Source of the DNA: Candidatus Saccharimonadota bacterium | GTDB lineage: Bacteria; Patescibacteriota; Saccharimonadia; Saccharimonadales; UBA4665 | Assembly (NCBI GenBank): GCA_963718045.1 | Contig: OY970350.1 | Coordinates: 240,001-272,000, forward strand | DNA: 32,000 bases | Direction of reading: 5' to 3' | Part shown: positions 19,853 through 25,736 of the stretch, one piece after another | How the letters are laid out: every line of letters begins with the position of its first letter | Position numbering within the stretch: position 1 is the stretch's first letter | Translations under genes and position numbers: made by a program | The notes under the pieces: generated by a model | What the model was told of the DNA's origin: nothing | Databases searched by the model: none | Seen by the model: only the letters and a program-made list of their open reading frames with translations

Positions 19853-19861
19853 ATTATAACA
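19853..19861 (-). promoter_or_regulatory. Extended -10 element TGtTATAAT upstream of typA
   Basis: The minus strand reads ...cttaTGtTATAATatagataattAGGAGG... Confidence 0.4.
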
Positions 19862-19929
19862 TAAGCAAAACAGGGTAGCTAGGGTTACGTATTAATCTTG
19901 TTGATTAAACGGTATAACTCTACGGGTCT

Positions 19930-20190
19930 CTAGTAATGATAACGGCATGATGTAATTCTAATTTCGTCATCATTTACGACATATACTAAACGATGCATGT
20001 CGTTGATTCTTCTTGACCATGAACCCGAAAGATCTCCTTTCAGTTGTTCTGGCTTGCCGATACCGGAAAGAGGATCACGTTGACAAACTTTTAAAAGCCG
20101 ATTGATTTTTTTAAGTAGCTGCTTGTCATAACTCTGCCAATACAGGTATTCTTCCCACGCCTCGGGTGTAAACGTAATTCGTCGACTCAT
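19930..20190 (-). CDS. yoeB: Type II toxin, YoeB/Txe family mRNA interferase
   Basis: 86 aa. 'WEEYLYWQSYDKQLLKKINRLL...GKPEQLKGDLSGSWSRRINDMHRLVY...CRYHY' is collinear with E. coli YoeB, including the C-terminal RYHY. Confidence 0.92.
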   Translation of the reverse strand: MSRRITFTPEAWEEYLYWQSYDKQLLKKINRLLKVCQRDPLSGIGKPEQLKGDLSGSWSRRINDMHRLVYVVNDDEIRITSCRYHY

Positions 20191-20194
20191 GAAA

Positions 20195-20449
20195 CTAATT
20201 CTCTATTAACTCATGTTCTTGGACATTGCCTTTGCGAGCATTTTCCATAGATTTTAATAGTCGCTTAGCATTGGCCGGGCTGCTTAAGAGGTATTCAGTT
20301 TCAGTTTTTGAGTTATATTCGTCCAGGGTCATCACGACTACTGTTTGTCCGTCATTGCGAGTAATTAGAAGTACATCACTATTGTCTATTACTTGGTCAA
20401 AATAATTCTTAGAATTTTTACGGAATTTAGATATAGTTGTAACGTTCAT
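20195..20449 (-). CDS. yefM: Type II antitoxin, Phd/YefM family
   Basis: 84 aa with a YefM-like N-terminus ('ISKFRKNSKNYFDQV...VLLITRNDG..VVVMTLDEY') and 'ETEYLLSSPANAKRLLKS'. It ends 4 nt before yoeB. Confidence 0.9.
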   Translation of the reverse strand: MNVTTISKFRKNSKNYFDQVIDNSDVLLITRNDGQTVVVMTLDEYNSKTETEYLLSSPANAKRLLKSMENARKGNVQEHELIEN

Positions 20450-20451
20450 AA

Positions 20452-20488
20452 TACAATTAATTGTACGCCTGACAGTACTTTAAGTCAA
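20452..20488 (-). promoter_or_regulatory. yefM-yoeB promoter TTGACT-17-TACAAT with embedded GTAC repeats and a 14-bp palindrome (putative operator)
   Basis: The minus strand reads cgTTGACTtaaaGTACtgtcaggcGTACAATTAATTGTAttATG. The -35 is at 20483-20488 and the -10 at 20460-20465. The palindrome TACAATTAATTGTA is at 20452-20465. The two GTAC cores are 12 bp apart centre to centre. Confidence 0.6.
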
Positions 20489-20600
20489 CGATTTTATACG
20501 ATCTAAGCCATGATTAATAACCGGTTTTATTAAATTCGTGGGAAACCTTATTGATATCGTTGAAAAACTTTGGGTTGAGCTAAAGTAAAGCCTAGGTCAT

Positions 20601-20933
20601 CTAAGCACTAGCTGGAAGTGGCTGAGGGTCTATTTCGGCAACTGAATGTATGCCAAGTAAGAAATTACCATCATCTAAAACCAGCTGGCCTACACAATTA
20701 ACAAGGTTATAAGTATGTGGCTGTTCTGGGTCGGCTTGTATATAATTGCCTAATACGGCGACGTCGCCTAGTTCCATAGCTAAAATATGATCTGGCTTCA
20801 TACCTGTAACCCTAATCTCATTGCTAACTTTTCTCTCGCCCTTAACGTTTACAGCAAACAGACCGTCCGGGTCATCTGGCCTTAGCACTACACTTGGGCA
20901 GTCGTACCATCTATAAGTTTTCTTTGGTCGCAT
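20601..20933 (-). CDS. Hypothetical protein, no recognisable motif
   Basis: 110-aa ORF with GGAGA 7-8 nt upstream of the ATG. Acidic, with no TM or signal peptide. Confidence 0.55.
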   Translation of the reverse strand: MRPKKTYRWYDCPSVVLRPDDPDGLFAVNVKGERKVSNEIRVTGMKPDHILAMELGDVAVLGNYIQADPEQPHTYNLVNCVGQLVLDDGNFLLGIHSVAEIDPQPLPASA

Positions 20934-20998
20934 TTTTATGTCTCCAATAAGTTAATATATTAATAATATACTAATTAGCGCAATAGCAAGAACAAGCC

Positions 20999-22186
20999 TT
21001 AATGCGCCCTACCCATTACTTGGTTGGTATGAGCAGCAATAACCTTAGCTTCGTTACTGTGCATAACGTGAACTCCGACTCCAGACTGTTCTCCAGATAT
21101 TAAAAATTCATGGTTGCTATTTCGATGTTCATCAATGGTTATGCCGAGATAATCAAGGCCGTCACAGATCTTTGCTCTTATTAACGGCTCATTTTCACCT
21201 ATGCCGCCGGCAAATATCAATGAGTCTAGACCGCCTAATGTGGCAGATAAACCGCCGATGGCTTTTCGTGCCTGATAACAAAAAACATCAACTGCTTCGC
21301 TAGCTGATTTGTTTTTGTCTGATTCATTTATTAACTCTTCCATATCTGCAGATAAGCCAGATATGCCGAGCAGGCCTGATTCAAAGTTAACCATTCTGTT
21401 AAACTCAGCAATTGTCATGCCGGATTGACGATGCAAGAAAGCTAGAACGCCAGGATCTAAATCACCTGAGCGGGTACTCATTGGAATACCGGAAGCCGGT
21501 GTGAAGGACATAGTTGTATCAACTGGCTTGCCGTTTTTAACAGCTGTTAGACTGGCACCGCAGCCTAAGTGAGCTAAGATAATGCGGCCAGTCGCCGCAT
21601 CTTCGCCGGCGTAGGTACTAAAGTCACCTAGCAGAGACTCATAAGAAAGGCCATAGAAACCATATCGGCGAAGCCCAAGTTTCTCGTACTTTCTAGGTAT
21701 AGGCAGCAGTTTAGCGACAATCGGCAGGTCTTTATAAAAGGCAGTATCAAAACAGGCCACCTGAGGGATGTCCTTAAATCGATGTTTAAAAATCTCAGCG
21801 ACGCCAATAGTGGCGTGCAAGCGGCTGGGATCGAAGATAGGCAGTTGTTTTAATTGGCCGATAACCCCACTGGTTAGTTCAGTCGGCTTAAAATAAGTCA
21901 TTCCGCCATGAACAACCCGGTGTCCGATGGCTATTATTTGTTCAGCAGATAACTCGCCGTTAGCAACGTCTAATAGGGCGTCGACAGCCTCTTCATAACC
22001 AGCCATGCGTATATGACGAATTTGTTTATCATCCGGGGACGCTTCAATTGTGATTGCCGAACCAGGTTGGCCGATGTTTCTTGCCGAGATGTTAAGTATG
22101 GAGTTTAAATCGAGCGTAAAAAAATCAAGCTTAATACTCGATGAACCGGCATTAACGGTCATTATAACTTTTAACTCAGTGCCCAC
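20999..22186 (-). CDS. ackA: Acetate kinase
   Basis: 395 aa with 'NAGSSSIKLDFF', 'HRVVHGG' and 'FAGGIGEN'. The start is ambiguous between GTG at 22186 and ATG at 22162 (MTVNAGSSS...). Confidence 0.9.
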   Translation of the reverse strand: MGTELKVIMTVNAGSSSIKLDFFTLDLNSILNISARNIGQPGSAITIEASPDDKQIRHIRMAGYEEAVDALLDVANGELSAEQIIAIGHRVVHGGMTYFKPTELTSGVIGQLKQLPIFDPSRLHATIGVAEIFKHRFKDIPQVACFDTAFYKDLPIVAKLLPIPRKYEKLGLRRYGFYGLSYESLLGDFSTYAGEDAATGRIILAHLGCGASLTAVKNGKPVDTTMSFTPASGIPMSTRSGDLDPGVLAFLHRQSGMTIAEFNRMVNFESGLLGISGLSADMEELINESDKNKSASEAVDVFCYQARKAIGGLSATLGGLDSLIFAGGIGENEPLIRAKICDGLDYLGITIDEHRNSNHEFLISGEQSGVGVHVMHSNEAKVIAAHTNQVMGRAH

Positions 22187-22233
22187 TTCTTAATGATACC
22201 AGACAGCCTCTTTATTTAATATTTGGCTACTTA

Positions 22234-22383
22234 TTAAAAAGATCTGCCTTTAAGCTCTGTCTCTAAGCTTTTTGGTATCGGTCTGCAGTTACAATGTTTT
22301 TGGTGTTCCCGGTGCCATTTTATTCTTTGACTTTTCGTCGGGTTATTCGGCATTTTATTCTGCTCGTGCCATAACTTATTCAT
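22234..22383 (-). CDS. Small (49 aa) Cys/His-containing basic protein, absent from the supplied ORF track
   Basis: Hand translation of the minus strand gives MNKLWHEQNKMPNNPTKSQRIKWHREHQKHCNCRPIPKSLETELKGRSF*. It fills an otherwise empty 260-nt gap. From memory, the 'RIKWH.EH.KHC.CR.IP' pattern resembles a widespread family of ~50-aa hypothetical proteins. No clear SD. Confidence 0.6.
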   Translation of the reverse strand: MNKLWHEQNKMPNNPTKSQRIKWHREHQKHCNCRPIPKSLETELKGRSF

Positions 22384-22446
22384 AAGCTAACTATATGATT
22401 AACAAATAGCTTATGCAACAAGAGACGCTTTCAAGGGGTTACTCAG

Positions 22447-22923
22447 CTATTTTCCAAGTAACTTGTCGAGCTTATCAAACTGCTGGTTGAAGCCAATTTG
22501 CATACCCTCGATTGCCATTTGAGCGTTTGGCCCTAGCCTATTGACTGAAACCTTCAATGTCATTTTCGTCTTACCATTATCTCCACTTAAAGCTAGATCG
22601 GTCGACTGATCAATTTTGGTAGTGTCTTCTTGGCCTTCGGTCCAGCCTTTGCCTTCGTAGGACAGCTTCGAATTCTTCTCTACAAGAGTATACTTACCTT
22701 CCATTGGCCATCTAGTACCCTTATACGGGCCCATGCCTTCGCCTGCTTCCATTACAATGTAAATTCTGCCGCCAACGCGCAAGTCTACCAGACACTCTGG
22801 AATACTAACGTGGTTAGGTCCCCACCAATCTTTTATCTTCACAGGATCAGTCCACGCTTGCCAGACTGTTTCAAGGGGGGCGTTAAATGTTCGTTCGAAT
22901 ACTACTTCTTTAATCGGTGCCAT
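22447..22923 (-). CDS. SRPBCC-superfamily protein (AHSA1/Aha1-like domain)
   Basis: 158 aa. 'ERTFNAPLETVWQAWTDPVKIKDWWGP' is the typical AHSA1-family N-terminus. AGGAG lies 6 nt upstream. Confidence 0.8.
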   Translation of the reverse strand: MAPIKEVVFERTFNAPLETVWQAWTDPVKIKDWWGPNHVSIPECLVDLRVGGRIYIVMEAGEGMGPYKGTRWPMEGKYTLVEKNSKLSYEGKGWTEGQEDTTKIDQSTDLALSGDNGKTKMTLKVSVNRLGPNAQMAIEGMQIGFNQQFDKLDKLLGK

Positions 22924-22986
22924 ATCCGTCTCCTGACTTAAATTAATTTAAATAATTATCATATATTAAGATGAGACCATCCGGGC

Positions 22987-23346
22987 TCAACTAGCTGCTT
23001 TCTTCACAAGTTCTTTAATCTTTGCTTCATCAGCAGCAGTTAACTCTGTGAGGGCGTAGTAAATCGGCCACATATGACCTTCATCAAGCTTCGCGCTGTC
23101 GTTAAAGCCAAATGTCATATATCTCTCACCGAACTTCTGTTTGCTGCGGAAAAAACAGATTATCTTATTGCCATCACTGTATGCCGGCATGCCGTACCAG
23201 GTTCTAGGCATAAGGTCTGGAGCGGTGGCTTTTATAATGTTATGGAGCCGTTTGCCAATGGTCTGGTCTGGTTCCGGCATCGCCTCAATTGCCTCTAGTA
23301 CTGCTTTCTCATCGGCGATCTTCTTTTCTTCTTTTTTATCCGGCAT
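22987..23346 (-). CDS. DUF1801/YdhG-like protein
   Basis: 119 aa. 'IGKRLHNIIKATAPDLMPRTWYGMPAY...KIICFFRS' matches the YdhG-like pattern as I recall it. Confidence 0.55.
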   Translation of the reverse strand: MPDKKEEKKIADEKAVLEAIEAMPEPDQTIGKRLHNIIKATAPDLMPRTWYGMPAYSDGNKIICFFRSKQKFGERYMTFGFNDSAKLDEGHMWPIYYALTELTAADEAKIKELVKKAAS

Positions 23347-23490
23347 AATTCCCCCGTACTGCGTTTAGACTGTTTATCCCTGTTTAGCTATATGGTTAAA
23401 GGTTGAATAATATGTTAAGCCCGAGCTAAAGTCAGTTATCTTTTTTACAAATAAGTTATTACTAAGTGCCGCAATAATAAACAGCAAAGA

Positions 23491-23518
23491 TTGAATATTT
23501 CCGGCGAGATATTATACT
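23491..23518 (+). promoter_or_regulatory. Promoter TTGAAT-16-TATACT, 8 nt upstream of the VKOR ATG
   Basis: TTGAAT at 23491-23496, TATACT at 23513-23518, ATG at 23527. The ORF-track TTG start is the -35 hexamer itself. Confidence 0.55.
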
Positions 23519-23526
23519 TAAATTAT

Positions 23527-24102
23527 ATGGGCCCGAAAGATAAACAAAAACTGCTTTACGGGACTTTGTCTATTGGCGCATTGATTGGTCTTATTGCTTC
23601 TTTTTGGGACACAATAGACAAAATATCTCTTCTTAAAAATGCTCACACTTCACTAACATGTAACCTGAATAACGCTTTTAGCTGCTCGACTGTTTTAAAC
23701 GCTCATCAGAGCTCGGTCTTTGGTTTCCCGAATTCTATGATGTGCATTGTCTTTTTCTCACTTACCTTATCTGCCGGATTAATTGCCTGGTTTGGAGGGA
23801 GTGTCATTTCTCAGATCCGCTATGCTTATCAAGCGATTGCCCTGTTTTTTGCCGGCTTTGGCTATTGGTTCTTCTGGCAAAGTATATTTAACCTCCACAC
23901 CATATGTATTTCATGCGTCTTTTGTTACGCCGGCGCTTTGACAATTAATGCAGTCTGGGTCAGGTTAAATTATAAGGATTTGCCGGTTAATAGAAAATTT
24001 GCTAGGATATTGAATCGAATAGTTTCAAGTGGAGCCGATATCTTTTTCTGGTTTCTGGTAGCTGTGTCGATAGTTGCCGAAGCTTTTTTAAAGCTTAGAT
24101 AG
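23527..24102 (+). CDS. Vitamin K epoxide reductase (VKOR) family thiol oxidoreductase
   Basis: 191 aa from the ATG at 23527, polytopic. It has the loop Cys pair 'CNLNNAFSC' and the membrane CxxC 'CISC', as in bacterial VKOR homologues that replace DsbB. Confidence 0.75.
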   Translation: MGPKDKQKLLYGTLSIGALIGLIASFWDTIDKISLLKNAHTSLTCNLNNAFSCSTVLNAHQSSVFGFPNSMMCIVFFSLTLSAGLIAWFGGSVISQIRYAYQAIALFFAGFGYWFFWQSIFNLHTICISCVFCYAGALTINAVWVRLNYKDLPVNRKFARILNRIVSSGADIFFWFLVAVSIVAEAFLKLR

Positions 24103-24325
24103 ATTTTAGTTATTTTTGTAAGTTTCTGGTCAAATTGCTGATATTGAAAAGGAAATTCCCTAGACAGCGTATTTAGAAGTCTGTATAAGCCGCTAATTGT
24201 GGACAACTAGCATATTATGTTAGAAAATTTACAGTATTTTTAGTCATAAAAAGATTAGTATGTGTTAAACGCAAAAAGATGATGGAATATATATTTTCAA
24301 TTTTAAACAGAGGGAGACGATACAT

Positions 24326-24868
24326 TTGGATAAGCTTATACCCACAAGCCGTTACAGACACTCATCGGATTCAAATGTACACCGATCCATAGTATCTTTT
24401 AGCCATTTATTCATTAGACGCTCCAGCTTAATCTTGTCTGGAGCTTTTATATTAATAGCTCTAATTTTCGTAGCTGTTTCTTACGGCTCATCGAAAGATA
24501 CGAAGACGTCCATACTGTCTGCGGCACCGTCATCAAGTCTCGAAGGTTCGGTCTCTAATACTTCCAGTCCAACTACTATTCCAACAAACCTGGCTCCAGT
24601 TACTGTCCCAACAGACTCAGCTACAAGTAGCAGTGTTACGACAAATGTCAGCAGTACTTCCAGTAACGGCAGTCAGTCGGCAAACGTTAATGTTAATGGG
24701 CGGCCTGTAGCAGTACCAGCTGACGGAACGACAGAGACCACAGTCGGCAATACCAATGTCAAAGTATCACACAGTCAAACAAACATCGGCAGCAGTTCTA
24801 ACAGTTCCGTGACCTCAACGAGTCTTAATGTTGAGGATTCAACTAGTGACTCTTCGGGAGGTGAATAG
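24326..24868 (+). CDS. N-terminally membrane-anchored Ser/Thr/Asn-rich extracellular protein
   Basis: 180 aa, TTG start 9 nt after AGGGAG. One TM ('LILSGAFILIALIFVAVSYG'), then a low-complexity S/T/N-rich ectodomain. Confidence 0.6.
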   Translation: MDKLIPTSRYRHSSDSNVHRSIVSFSHLFIRRSSLILSGAFILIALIFVAVSYGSSKDTKTSILSAAPSSSLEGSVSNTSSPTTIPTNLAPVTVPTDSATSSSVTTNVSSTSSNGSQSANVNVNGRPVAVPADGTTETTVGNTNVKVSHSQTNIGSSSNSSVTSTSLNVEDSTSDSSGGE

Positions 24869-24987
24869 GCGTAACCAATATAAAAACATAGTCGGTCAGT
24901 CGACTTGAGGCAGCTTCGATAAAACTACCTTAAGTCGGGTGATCAAGCCCGAGTAATATTAATAATAATATCTAAAAGGAGGTATGT

Positions 24988-25569
24988 ATGAAAAAACAAA
25001 TCATACGTGCCATAGCCACCACCATGCTCGCCCTCGGTTTAAGCACGGGTGTGGCTGCAGCACAATCGGGCTCGATCAGTGATACTGGTGCGAGCTCAAC
25101 CAACACTGTTAACGCCGGTGTTACCAATAAGGCGGACGTAAAGGACCAGAATGAACTAGGTGTATCTAGCGACAACTGGCAGAATTCAAAGACTGGTGAT
25201 GCAAACACTAAGGACAACACTACTGGCGGTGATGCAACTAGCGGTGACGCTAGCAACATGAATACCGTAAGTGCAGCAGTTACTGTTGATAATACTGGGG
25301 TAACATCGACACTCGGTGACGTGACTACAGGCGATCCATCGGGGACTATTGATACTACTGGCTATGAGTCTTCTAACACTGTTAACGCCAGTGTTAGCAA
25401 TGACCTACACGTAACTAACACCAATGACGTTACAGTCACTAGTGAAAATGGTCAGACTGCAAGCACTGGAAGCGCACAGGTTGAATACAACACAACTGGC
25501 GGTTCAGCTACATCTGGTGATGCAAGCAACACTAGCTCTTCTAGCACAACGATTGACGTCTCTAATTAA
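24988..25569 (+). CDS. Secreted, anchorless protein made of two tandem Asn/Thr/Ser/Gly-rich modules
   Basis: 193 aa. AAGGAGG lies 5 nt upstream of the ATG. Signal peptide 'MKKQIIRAIATTMLALGLSTGVAAA'. Two ~75-90-aa repeats each run from I-x-x-TG-xxS-xNTVNA to NTTGGxATSGDASN. There is no C-terminal anchor. Confidence 0.85.
   Translation: MKKQIIRAIATTMLALGLSTGVAAAQSGSISDTGASSTNTVNAGVTNKADVKDQNELGVSSDNWQNSKTGDANTKDNTTGGDATSGDASNMNTVSAAVTVDNTGVTSTLGDVTTGDPSGTIDTTGYESSNTVNASVSNDLHVTNTNDVTVTSENGQTASTGSAQVEYNTTGGSATSGDASNTSSSSTTIDVSN
25075..25566 (+). repeat. Two tandem protein-level modules (ISDTGASSTNTVN...GGDATSGDASN and IDTTGYESSNTVN...GGSATSGDASN)
   Basis: Direct comparison of the two halves of the translated protein. 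The DNA copies have diverged. Confidence 0.8.
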
Positions 25570-25641
25570 TAGAGTTCATTTCAATTTTTTGTCTTGAGGG
25601 TTAAGGAAGCTGATTAAACAAAAAACTATACGTTCCGATAT

Positions 25642-25678
25642 AAGCGGGTAGTGATAATGAGGGTTGACCTACCCGCTT
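25642..25678 (+). other. Perfect 10-bp stem hairpin (AAGCGGGTAG / CTACCCGCTT, 17-nt loop) between the 193-aa and 701-aa genes
   Basis: Arms at 25642-25651 and 25669-25678. No U-tract follows. The 3' arm runs into the motif CTTGAGGG. Confidence 0.4.
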
Positions 25679-25736
25679 GAGGGACGGAAGCTAAAAGTCT
25701 ACAAAGTATTCAAGTTTAACTGGAAGGAGGTTCTCG

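Noticed and set aside
23970-24206. 78-aa minus-strand ORF overlapping the 3' end of the VKOR gene
   Set aside because: It has no RBS and overlaps the last TM helices of VKOR in antisense. It lies in an AT-rich region where spurious ORFs are expected.
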